The translations under genes were made by a program, and so were the position numbers. DNA of 64,000 nt. Origin: an uncultured Solirubrobacterales bacterium. Its GTDB lineage: Bacteria > Actinomycetota > Thermoleophilia > Solirubrobacterales > 70-9. Numbering within the stretch: position 1 is the first letter of the stretch; each line of letters starts with the position of its first letter. The notes under the pieces are model-generated. The model made no database searches. It saw only the letters and a program-made list of their open reading frames with translations, and was not told where the DNA came from. The stretch covers positions 131,306 to 195,305 of the forward strand of contig CAWADG010000008.1 of NCBI GenBank assembly GCA_963780815.1, written 5' to 3'. Positions 36,133 through 44,268 of this stretch are shown here, piece by piece.

Positions 36133-37535
36133 GATCCCGGCGGCACTTCGCTCGGATTGCATTCGGAGCTGTTGATCCCGGCGCCGGCGAACGGCGGGTC
36201 GAGGAACGGGTTCGAGCCGTCGGGGGCGGGCTGGGTCGCCGCTCCCGGGCAGGGCCGCCTGACCGGCGAGGGCGGCCCGAGCGCGTTGAACTGTTCGCTC
36301 GGTTTGATCGGTTCGAGCACCCCGGTCGAGGGGTCGCGTTCGAACAGGTTGAGGTCGGAGAACGAGACCCGCGCGTAGTTGCCGTTGCCGTCGTAGTTGC
36401 CGGTCACCTGGCCGAGGCGGCCGAGGCCGTTGAGGAGGTCGGGCGCGTAGACGCGGAAGAAGTTGAGGTTCGGCTGGAAGGCTTCGATCGCCCCTTCAGC
36501 GTGCGGGAAGGCCTTCGAGGCGCGCTGCTGGACCGCCGGGAGGGCGGCCAGCAGTTCGGCCGAGTCGTTGGCGAAGCCGGGGCGGGCCACGGTAAGCCGC
36601 AGGTTCCGGAAGACCGGTATCGACCGCGTCAGGACCGGGCGCAGGTCGCGCAGGAACGGGGCGAGGTTCTTCGTCGCCGGCTTCGCGGTTTCGACCAGCG
36701 GGTCGAGGTCGTCGAGGGCGGCGCGGAGGTTGACGAAGGTCGTGTTGCTCTGGCGGAAGACCGGCGGCAGCAGCTCCAGCATCTGGTTGAACGCCTGGGT
36801 CTGGTCGGCGATCGCGTTGAAGGCGGTGTTGGCGTTGGAGATCGCGCTCGTCAGCTGTTCCCCGCGCGCGGAGACCGCCGTCGAGAGCTTGCTGGTGTTG
36901 ACGACGAACTGGGTCAGCAGCCGCGAGTCCGCGTTGAGCCCGTGGGCGAACGCGGCGGCGCGGTTGAGGCCGGGCGCGAAGTACTTGTAGGCGGCGTTGG
37001 CCTGCGGCCCGATCCCCGAATACCATTCTCCGAACCCGCGGATGAATTTGCCCAGGGCCCTGCGGACCGGGCCAGGGAATGTGTTGATGAACTGGTCGAG
37101 ATCGACCGCCGAGGTGGTCGAGTCGAGGCCCAGGGTGGCGCCGTCTTCCAGTGCCGGGTTGCTGTTGGGCCCGGGGCTGATCGAGATGTAGTGGTTGGCG
37201 ACGCCGGAGAGCGAGGTCGCGCGAACGGTCGCGGTCGTCCCCTCGTGCAGTTCCTGGTCGATGCTGACTTCGATCTCGGCAAGGTTGTCGTCGGTCAGGC
37301 TGATTTCTTCGATCGAGCCGACCGGGTGGCCGCCGACCAGGACCTGGTTGCCGTTGACCAGCTGGCTGGCGTTCTGGAAGACCAGCTTGTAGGTGTGCGA
37401 GCTGCCGCCGCTGAGGACGATCACCAGCAGCGCGATGACGACGATCGCGAGGCCGGCGATGGCGGCAATCCGGGCAGGGGTGGTGCGCCGGCTCGTAGCC
37501 TGGCCTTTCTCCTCGCCTACGGATTTAGCAGCCAC
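36129..37535 (-). CDS. MCE-family protein (1st of six)
   Basis: GTG at 37535 with GGAG 9 nt upstream. TM followed by an MCE domain (NQVLVGGHPVGSIEEISL...VRATSLSGVANHYISI). Confidence 0.9.
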   Translation of the reverse strand: MAAKSVGEEKGQATSRRTTPARIAAIAGLAIVVIALLVIVLSGGSSHTYKLVFQNASQLVNGNQVLVGGHPVGSIEEISLTDDNLAEIEVSIDQELHEGTTATVRATSLSGVANHYISISPGPNSNPALEDGATLGLDSTTSAVDLDQFINTFPGPVRRALGKFIRGFGEWYSGIGPQANAAYKYFAPGLNRAAAFAHGLNADSRLLTQFVVNTSKLSTAVSARGEQLTSAISNANTAFNAIADQTQAFNQMLELLPPVFRQSNTTFVNLRAALDDLDPLVETAKPATKNLAPFLRDLRPVLTRSIPVFRNLRLTVARPGFANDSAELLAALPAVQQRASKAFPHAEGAIEAFQPNLNFFRVYAPDLLNGLGRLGQVTGNYDGNGNYARVSFSDLNLFERDPSTGVLEPIKPSEQFNALGPPSPVRRPCPGAATQPAPDGSNPFLDPPFAGAGINSSECNPSEVPPGS

Positions 37536-37664
37536 GGGTCGTCGCTCCGATTCCCCCGCCTCCGACCCGGAGGAACGGCGAACCGATCGTATCGGTGCTA
37601 TGGGGCACGGAGATGGCTCTGGGACTCACTTAACTGGATGTCAACGCGTTGGATTTGCAGGCCT

Positions 37665-40600
37665 TCAGACGTTCAGGCGGGGAGTGATCCGGTCGAGGAA
37701 GCGGGGGTACCACCAAACCTTGTCGCCGATCAGCAGCATCAGGGCCGGCAGGAACACGATCCGCACCACCGTCGCATCGAGGAAGACCGCGACCGTGAGG
37801 CCTGTCCCGAGCTGGCTGACGTTGGCGATCGGCGCCCCGGCGAAGGCGATGAAGACCGCCATCATGATCACCGCGGCGCCGGTGATCACCCGTGCGGTTT
37901 TCTCGAGCCCGAACTCGATCGCTGCGGCGTTGTCGCCGTCCTCTTCGTAGCGCTCCCGCATTCGCACGAGGAGGAACACCGCGTAGTCGATCGATAACCC
38001 GAAGACGATCCCGAAGATCATCGTCGCCCCGACCGCGTCGACGTAGGTGTGACCTCCCAGCGGGTAGTTGTCGGGGAGGTTGAACAGCAGCGTCAGGACC
38101 CCGAAGGCAACGCCCACGGTCGCCAGGTTGAGGCCGACGGCGATCGCCGCCAGCGGGATCGCCCGCAGGATCAGGACGAGGATCAGGAAGGTCGCGACGG
38201 TGATCGCGGCGATGATGAACGGGATCCGCTCGCGGGTCACCTTGCTGTACTCGTTCAGCGTCGCGGCGCCGCCGGCAACGCCGGTGTTGAGGCCGGTTTC
38301 GTCTGCGAGTTCGGCGGCCTCGCCTTCGAGCGTCTTGTTGAGCGCGATCGAGCCGGGGCTGTTGAACGTGTACTTGGTGAAGATCGTGACCGTCGCCCCC
38401 TGGCCGCCTTTGTCGAGGTCGACAGCCTGGGTGGCCTGGCGGCGCAGGCGCGGGTTCGCCCCGTCGAGGGCGGAGAGGACGAAGTAGCCGGAGTCGAAGA
38501 TGCCCGGCGACTGGTGGCGCAGTTTGCCGGTCTGTTCGCGCGCCTGGTTGGCGTTGACCGTGACCCGCACCGCTCCGCGGCGGAGCCCGGTCTCGAGCGG
38601 GTGCGAGCGGCTGAACGCGTCGCCGAGCCCGACCTGGAGCGAGGTCGCGCCTTCGCCGAGTTCGGCGATGCCGGTCGCGAGGCGGGCGGCGCCGGCGCCG
38701 AGGCGGCCGAGGCCTTCTTCCAGTTTGCGCGTTTCCCTGGCGAGCGTTTCGGCGCCATCGGCGAGTTCGCCGCCGCCCGACGCAAGTTCTTCGTTCGCAT
38801 TGACCAGTTTTTCCTCGCCTTCGACGATTTCCTGGGCCGTCCCCACTTCCCGATCGACTTCTTCGATCCCGGTCTTCGCCCAGAAGCTGACTTCCCTCGC
38901 TTCTTCGGCTTCTTTGATCAGCTGGGCCTGGAGCTTGTCGAGCCCGGCGAAGGTGGCCGCGGACTGGCTCGACGCCTGGCGCAGCGCGTCGAGAGTGGCG
39001 TTGTAGTTGGGGTCCGACTTCCCGACGGTCATCCCTTCCAGGAGCTGGAGGGCGGTTTTGGACTGCGACTGGGCGGCGGTGGCGGGGGCCTTGAGGTTGT
39101 CGAGGGTGTCGTGCGCGGTCCGGGTCAGGTTCTTCTGCAGCTTGCGAGCCCTGCGCAACTGATTGCGCCGCAGGTTCGCCGAGAGGTTCTTGAGGTTCGA
39201 GTGCAGGATTTCGGTGCCTTCGAGCTCTTTGGCCTGGCCATGGGAGACCCTCGTCGCGCCTTCCTGGAGCTTCTTGGCGCCGGCGGCGAATTCATCGAGG
39301 GCGCCGACCGCTTCTTCGCTGCCCGCGGTCGCCGTCGAGAGGCCGCCGGCAAGACGGAGCGCGCCCTCTTCGGTCGTGCCGGTGCCCTGGACGAGGAGGC
39401 CGGCGCCCTGGGTCGCTTCGGCGATCCCGTCCCGCAGCCTGGAGACGCCCCTGGCCGCCTGCTTGAGGTTGCGCCCGAGGCGTTCGAGGTTGCCGACCGG
39501 GCCGCCCTTCTTGACCAGCAGGCCGTTGCCGGCTTCGCGCAGCGGCGCGACCGATTTCGATACCTGCTCGGGCCCGATCACGACCTGGACGCCGGGGATC
39601 GCGGCGACCTTGTCCTGCCAGCGGCGCAGCGCGTCGAGCCGCTCCGGCGTCGTGATCGGGCCGTGTTCGGATTCGGCGACGACGACGAACGGGGCGTCGA
39701 AACCGGGGGCGATCGTGCGGTTGATCAGTTCGGCGTCCTTGCGCGCCTGGTTGTTGTGAGAGAGCTGCTGGGCGCTCGGCGGGCCGGTCTTCAGCCCGAT
39801 CGCCGGCGTCGCCAGGGCGAGGACGACGGCGCCGACGACGAGGCAGACGAGCGCCGGGCGCCGCAGGGCGGCGCCGACGACCGTCATCAGGCCCGAGCTC
39901 TCGTCGGCGTAGCTCTGCGGCTTGCCGACCCGCCAGCGGTTGACGTTGTGGCCGATCAGTGTGAGCACGGCCGGGCCGGCGATCGTCGCCACCGAGACGC
40001 TGAGGATCACGACCAGGATCACCGTCGCCGCGAGCGAGGCGAGGAGCGCCCCGGGGACGATGAAGAGGGCGACGAGCATCGCCGCGATCAGGGTGCTGCC
40101 GGCGAAGACGGTGGTCCGCCCGGCGGTGTGGCGGGTCTGGATCGCAGCCGTCTTCGGGTCCGCCCCGCCGGCTAACTCCTCGCGGAAGCGCGAGACCATC
40201 AACAGCGCATAGTCGACGCCTAACGCCAGGCCCATCATCGTGCAGACGGTCAGCGCGAACGCGTCGACCGAGACCCAGCGGGTGACGATCGTCAGCACGC
40301 CGCTCGATATGAAGACCGTGATCGCGCCGAAGGTCAGCGGGATCGCCGCCGCTATCGGCGATCTGAAGACGAGCAGGAGGACGATCAGGAGGATCGGGAG
40401 GGCGATCAGCTCGGCGCGCTCGCTGGCGGAAATCGACTCGTCCTGGAGCGCCTTCGAGAGGGTGGGGAATCCGGACTGGGTCGCTTTGACCGGCGGTTTG
40501 ATCTGCTTTTCGAGGATCGCTTCGACTTCCTCGACGCTCTCCTTGACCGCGGTCGCGATGTCGGTGTGGAAGTCGGTGATGACCAGCGCCCGGTTCGGCC

Positions 40601-40982
40601 CCGGCCGCAACTGCTCGACCGAGCCTCGGTCCCAGGGCGAGAGCGTCGTCACCTGCGGGTTGCTCGCCCGCAGCGCCCGGACGAGTTCCGGGCCCTGGCG
40701 GTCGATTTCCTTGGCCGGGCCCTGGAGGAGGATCGCGAACAGGGCGGTGTCGCCGAAGTTCTTCTTCAGCATTTCGTTCGCTTCGGAGGCGGGGGTGCCG
40801 GAGATGTCGAGCGAGGTCGGGCTGAGCTTGCTATTGACCTGGAACCCGAGCGTCGCCAGAACGACGACGGCCACGGCGAACCCGACGAGCACGCCACGAG
40901 GGTGGCGTAGCAGCACGGGCGTGCGCGCACCACCGCTCTTGACCGGCGCGCCGCGCCGGTCCCTGCTCCTCCTCAGTCGCAC
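37665..40982 (-). CDS. MMPL-family (RND superfamily) membrane transporter with long coiled-coil insertion
   Basis: 1105 aa with two 6-TM bundles carrying MMPL signatures (GLALGVDYALLMVSRFREE; GLSIDYAVFLLVRMRERY). An insertion of about 350 aa, rich in heptad L/G repeats, sits in the second extracytoplasmic domain. GTG start. Confidence 0.9.
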   Translation of the reverse strand: MRLRRSRDRRGAPVKSGGARTPVLLRHPRGVLVGFAVAVVVLATLGFQVNSKLSPTSLDISGTPASEANEMLKKNFGDTALFAILLQGPAKEIDRQGPELVRALRASNPQVTTLSPWDRGSVEQLRPGPNRALVITDFHTDIATAVKESVEEVEAILEKQIKPPVKATQSGFPTLSKALQDESISASERAELIALPILLIVLLLVFRSPIAAAIPLTFGAITVFISSGVLTIVTRWVSVDAFALTVCTMMGLALGVDYALLMVSRFREELAGGADPKTAAIQTRHTAGRTTVFAGSTLIAAMLVALFIVPGALLASLAATVILVVILSVSVATIAGPAVLTLIGHNVNRWRVGKPQSYADESSGLMTVVGAALRRPALVCLVVGAVVLALATPAIGLKTGPPSAQQLSHNNQARKDAELINRTIAPGFDAPFVVVAESEHGPITTPERLDALRRWQDKVAAIPGVQVVIGPEQVSKSVAPLREAGNGLLVKKGGPVGNLERLGRNLKQAARGVSRLRDGIAEATQGAGLLVQGTGTTEEGALRLAGGLSTATAGSEEAVGALDEFAAGAKKLQEGATRVSHGQAKELEGTEILHSNLKNLSANLRRNQLRRARKLQKNLTRTAHDTLDNLKAPATAAQSQSKTALQLLEGMTVGKSDPNYNATLDALRQASSQSAATFAGLDKLQAQLIKEAEEAREVSFWAKTGIEEVDREVGTAQEIVEGEEKLVNANEELASGGGELADGAETLARETRKLEEGLGRLGAGAARLATGIAELGEGATSLQVGLGDAFSRSHPLETGLRRGAVRVTVNANQAREQTGKLRHQSPGIFDSGYFVLSALDGANPRLRRQATQAVDLDKGGQGATVTIFTKYTFNSPGSIALNKTLEGEAAELADETGLNTGVAGGAATLNEYSKVTRERIPFIIAAITVATFLILVLILRAIPLAAIAVGLNLATVGVAFGVLTLLFNLPDNYPLGGHTYVDAVGATMIFGIVFGLSIDYAVFLLVRMRERYEEDGDNAAAIEFGLEKTARVITGAAVIMMAVFIAFAGAPIANVSQLGTGLTVAVFLDATVVRIVFLPALMLLIGDKVWWYPRFLDRITPRLNV

Positions 40983-41098
40983 GCCTGGTATTTTCGCTGT
41001 AGGGACAAGGCTGGGGCTACGGAAATGCCGAAGTTTCTGTTAAGGAAGCCTGAACACGGCGGCCTGTTTTCGCCCTGGACTGCAACCCTCGAAATGCC

Positions 41099-41869
41099 GT
41101 GAAATTGCGCCTCCCCACTTACGCGCTGATCGCGATAATCCTGCTGCTGATCGCCGGCATGGCCGATGCGGCGATGGTCAGGGTCGGAAGGATAGTGCTG
41201 CGTGCCGACGGGGGGTTCACGCCCCAAACCCTGCCGCGGCACTCCTACGCGCCGATCTCGTTCCGGGGCCACGCGAACGTCGAATCGACCGATTCCCAGC
41301 CGGTCCCGGCGCTGCGCAACTTCAGGCTCGAATTCGACAAGGACGGCCGCCTCGAGACGAAGGGGCTGCCGGTTTGCCAGCCGGCGAGCCTCGCCGGCAC
41401 GACGACCCAGACAGCGCGGCAGATCTGTGGCAAGGCGACCGTCGGCTCGGGGACCGTCGCCGCCTCGGTGGCCGACCCCGGCCTCCAGGGAGTGGTGCTG
41501 CGCTCGCCGCTCAGCCTCTTCAACGGCCCCCGCATCAACGGCAACGCGACGGTCGTCGCCCACGCCCGTGCCCTGGTCCCGACCCCGCAGACCTACGTCG
41601 TCCTGATCACGATCGAACGGCTGAAGAAGGGCGCCTTCTCCTACCGGGCGTCGGCCAACGTGCCCGAATTCGCCGAAGGGACCGGCTCCCTGATCCACCT
41701 CGAAGCCGAAGTCGGCCGCCGCTACAGGTCGGGCGGCGTCATGCGGTCCTACGTCTCGGCCAAATGCAGCGACAGGATCTTCGAGACCCGGGGCCGGTTC
41801 GAATTCGGGGACCCCGAAGCCACCGTGATCGAAGGCAGCGTCTTCAAGGCCTGCAACCCCATCCCCTAG
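41099..41869 (+). CDS. secreted four-Cys hypothetical protein, Arg-rich (paralog of 27029..27802)
   Basis: Signal/TM segment. Full-length similarity to the ORF at 27029 (YAPISFRGHANV..., KGLPVCQPASLAG...CGKATVGSG, SLFNGP, conserved Cys x4). GTG start. Confidence 0.8.
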   Translation: MKLRLPTYALIAIILLLIAGMADAAMVRVGRIVLRADGGFTPQTLPRHSYAPISFRGHANVESTDSQPVPALRNFRLEFDKDGRLETKGLPVCQPASLAGTTTQTARQICGKATVGSGTVAASVADPGLQGVVLRSPLSLFNGPRINGNATVVAHARALVPTPQTYVVLITIERLKKGAFSYRASANVPEFAEGTGSLIHLEAEVGRRYRSGGVMRSYVSAKCSDRIFETRGRFEFGDPEATVIEGSVFKACNPIP

Positions 41870-41923
41870 CACCGCCGGCGGGGTGGGAGCGGGGCGCGGC
41901 TCCTTCCTATACTGCCGACCCGA

Positions 41924-41996
41924 GGGCCGTTAGCTCAGTTGGTAGAGCAGGAGACTCTTAATCTCAAGGTCGTAGGTTCGATCCCTACACGGCCCA
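41924..41996 (+). tRNA. tRNA-Lys (anticodon CUU)
   Basis: Hand-folded cloverleaf with acceptor GGGCCGT/ACGGCCC, D arm GCTC..GAGC, anticodon loop CTCTTAA and T arm GTAGG-TTCGATC-CCTAC. No encoded CCA. Confidence 0.9.
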
Positions 41997-42002
41997 CTCT
42001 CG

Positions 42003-42653
42003 ATGAGCGGGGAGCCGGCAAGGGACAGTCTCACGCGTTATGCGCCGCTGTCGGGGTTGGCGGTCTTCGCGCTGTTCGCGATCGGCAACCTGCTGTGGTC
42101 GATCGACATCCCGGCGACCGACGCACGCGGCGCCGAGCTGGCCGGCTTCTACGAAGACCGCTCGACCCAGATCATCGTCGGCGCCAGCCTCAGCATCCTC
42201 GCGATCGTCCTCTTCGTCTGGTTCAGCGCCCTGCTGCGCGACCGCCTCGAGCTCGAACTGGGCGATCGCGGCGCCTCACTGCCGCTGGCGGCATTCGGCG
42301 GCGCGATCCTCGCCTTCACCGTCGGCCTCGGGGCCGAGACGATCAACATGGCCGGCGCCCTGCGGGCAGCGAGCGGCGGCGGCATCTCCCCCGATGCCGC
42401 CCAGGCCTGCTTCGACATCTCCCAGATCCTCGGCTTCAACGCCGCCGGCGTCGGGCTGGCGACGCTCGTCGCCGCGACCGCGATCGCCAGCCTGCGCGGC
42501 TCGCTGATCCTGCCGCGGGCGCTCGCCGTCCCGGCGCTGATCCTGGCCGTGACGCTGCTGATCCCGGTCGTGGTCCGATTCACCCTGCCGCTGGCGATCC
42601 TGCTGCTGCCGCTCTACAGCATCCGGCTCTACCGGCTCGGGGAGGTGGGCTGA
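42003..42653 (+). CDS. integral membrane hypothetical protein
   Basis: 216 aa with about 6 hydrophobic helices. It starts 7 nt after the tRNA-Lys. Confidence 0.6.
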   Translation: MSGEPARDSLTRYAPLSGLAVFALFAIGNLLWSIDIPATDARGAELAGFYEDRSTQIIVGASLSILAIVLFVWFSALLRDRLELELGDRGASLPLAAFGGAILAFTVGLGAETINMAGALRAASGGGISPDAAQACFDISQILGFNAAGVGLATLVAATAIASLRGSLILPRALAVPALILAVTLLIPVVVRFTLPLAILLLPLYSIRLYRLGEVG

Positions 42654-42668
42654 GCCGCGACGGCGGTG

Positions 42669-43478
42669 CTACGGCGTCAGCGCCGGGGCGCTGCTGCCGG
42701 AGAGCCCGCCGAATGGGTTTTCGATTTTTTCCTTGCCCTGCTTGGAGGCCTGCTTGGCGAGTTTCTTCCGCTGTTTCTGCCAGCCCTGGGCGCGTTTGCG
42801 ATACCCGGCCATCTGTTTTTCGACCGATTTGGCCTGCGACTTCGAGGGCGATTCCTTCGCCGCTTCTACGGCGGTCTTGTCGCCGGCGGCGAATTCCCCG
42901 TTGAAGTACTGGAAGATCGCCAGGGTGCTCAGCGTGTTCAGGTTCGGGGTCGCTTCCGCCGCGACCTTCTGGGCCTTGGTCGCGTTGGCGATGCTTTCTT
43001 CGATGACGCCCAGCGATTCGCCGTGTTCGGCGACGTTGAAGTAGGTGCTCGCGACCAGCGCCGCGGTGGTCGGGCTGGCTTCGTCGCCGGCCTTCTTGCG
43101 GTAGCGCAGCCAGGCATCCTGCGCCGCTTCGTACTGTTCGATCGACTCCGGCGTCAGTTCCGGCGTCCCGGTGGTCGGGTTTTCTTCGGCGAGCGCCCTG
43201 CCCGCCCCGATCCGGACCCGGATCAGCGACAGCAGCAGCTGTTCGTCCTGCGGGTTTTTGGCGAGGCGCTTTTCGATCCTTTCGGCCTGTTCTTCGGAAA
43301 TGTCCGCGGCGCTGCTGGCGCTGCCGTTGCCGAAGAATTCGGCGAGGTTGAAGGGGCCGACCGCGACGAAGAGGCTGGCGCCCATCAGCAGCGCGAGGCA
43401 CGCGTAGACGACGCGGATCACGTTCTTCCGTCCTCGCCCTCTTATGTCGAACAGCATTCGCCGTTCTTCGCCTGCCAT
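42669..43478 (-). CDS. membrane-anchored helical hypothetical protein with Lys-rich tail
   Basis: ATG at 43478 (MAGEERRMLFD...), 7 nt after the tatC stop. One TM (VVYACLALLMGASLFVAV) followed by a helical soluble region. Confidence 0.6.
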   Translation of the reverse strand: MAGEERRMLFDIRGRGRKNVIRVVYACLALLMGASLFVAVGPFNLAEFFGNGSASSAADISEEQAERIEKRLAKNPQDEQLLLSLIRVRIGAGRALAEENPTTGTPELTPESIEQYEAAQDAWLRYRKKAGDEASPTTAALVASTYFNVAEHGESLGVIEESIANATKAQKVAAEATPNLNTLSTLAIFQYFNGEFAAGDKTAVEAAKESPSKSQAKSVEKQMAGYRKRAQGWQKQRKKLAKQASKQGKEKIENPFGGLSGSSAPALTP

Positions 43479-43485
43479 CAGCCGT

Positions 43486-44259
43486 TCATCGCTCCTGTGT
43501 AGACGGTTTGACCATTCCTCCCGGCGCCCGCCGCCTCTCGAAGATCCGGGCAAGCAAGATACTCAACTCGAACAGGATCAAGAGCGGGACCATCTCGAGC
43601 AGCATCGAGACCGGGTCGACCCCGGGGAGCGCCGCGGCGACGATCGCGATCAGAAGATAAGCGTAGCGCCGGTTCGCGCTCAGCTGCGAGACGCTGACGA
43701 TCCCGAGCCGCGTGACCGCGATGATCGCCAGCGGCAACTCGAAGATCACGCCCCCGGCGAGCATCGTCATCGAGAAGAAGCTGTAGTAGTCGCGGGCCCT
43801 GACCTGGACCTCGAACTGACTCTGGTTGACGCCGAGCAGGAACTTCACCGCGGGCGGCATCACGACGAAGTAGGCGAATGCGACTCCGACCAGGAACAGG
43901 ACCGGGGCGAGGATCAGGATCGGCAGCACGGTCCGCCGCTCGGTCTCGCTGAATGCCGGCAGGACGTAGGCGTAGATCTGGTAGAGCAGCACAGGCATCG
44001 AGAGCACGATCGCGCCGTAGGCGGCGACCGTGACCGTGGTCGTGAACGGCTCGGTGACGCCGAAGGTGAGGAGCCGCTGGTGCTCGGCGGGCAACGGGTT
44101 GGAGGCGATGTCGAGCAGGGTCGAGCTCTGCCAGAAGCAGAGCGCGAGGGCGACGCCGAAGGCGGCGAGGGAGACGATCAGCCGGTGCCGGAGCTCATCG
44201 AGATGCTCGACGAGGGACAGCTCATCCTCGTGGGAAACCGGCCTGATTCGGCGGGGCAT
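43486..44259 (-). CDS. tatC: twin-arginine translocase subunit TatC
   Basis: LSLVEHLDELRHRL... and the 6-TM TatC pattern (YAYVLPA, FELP). Confidence 0.95.
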   Translation of the reverse strand: MPRRIRPVSHEDELSLVEHLDELRHRLIVSLAAFGVALALCFWQSSTLLDIASNPLPAEHQRLLTFGVTEPFTTTVTVAAYGAIVLSMPVLLYQIYAYVLPAFSETERRTVLPILILAPVLFLVGVAFAYFVVMPPAVKFLLGVNQSQFEVQVRARDYYSFFSMTMLAGGVIFELPLAIIAVTRLGIVSVSQLSANRRYAYLLIAIVAAALPGVDPVSMLLEMVPLLILFELSILLARIFERRRAPGGMVKPSTQER

Positions 44260-44268
44260 CGGGCCCGC

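Noticed and set aside
28218-40175. Many 300-700-aa alternative-frame ORFs across the mce/MMPL block (e.g. 28218-30212, 30247-31923, 31753-33129, 31800-33269, 33293-34687, 34789-35994, 36501-37997, 38049-40175).
   Set aside because: Each overlaps a minus-strand gene with a clear TM plus MCE or MMPL architecture. Their translations are Arg/Pro/Gly/Asp-rich low complexity. None resembles a YrbE/MlaE permease or an ABC ATPase, which I specifically looked for.
41872-41881. Palindrome ccgccggcgg after the paralog-2 stop, as a possible terminator.
   Set aside because: It is a 10-bp perfect palindrome with no loop and no T tract, so it is too short to call.
41924-42653. tRNA-Lys as a possible integration site for a genomic island.
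   Set aside because: There is no integrase, no direct repeat of the tRNA 3' end and no phage or conjugation genes downstream. The next genes are ordinary membrane and Tat genes.
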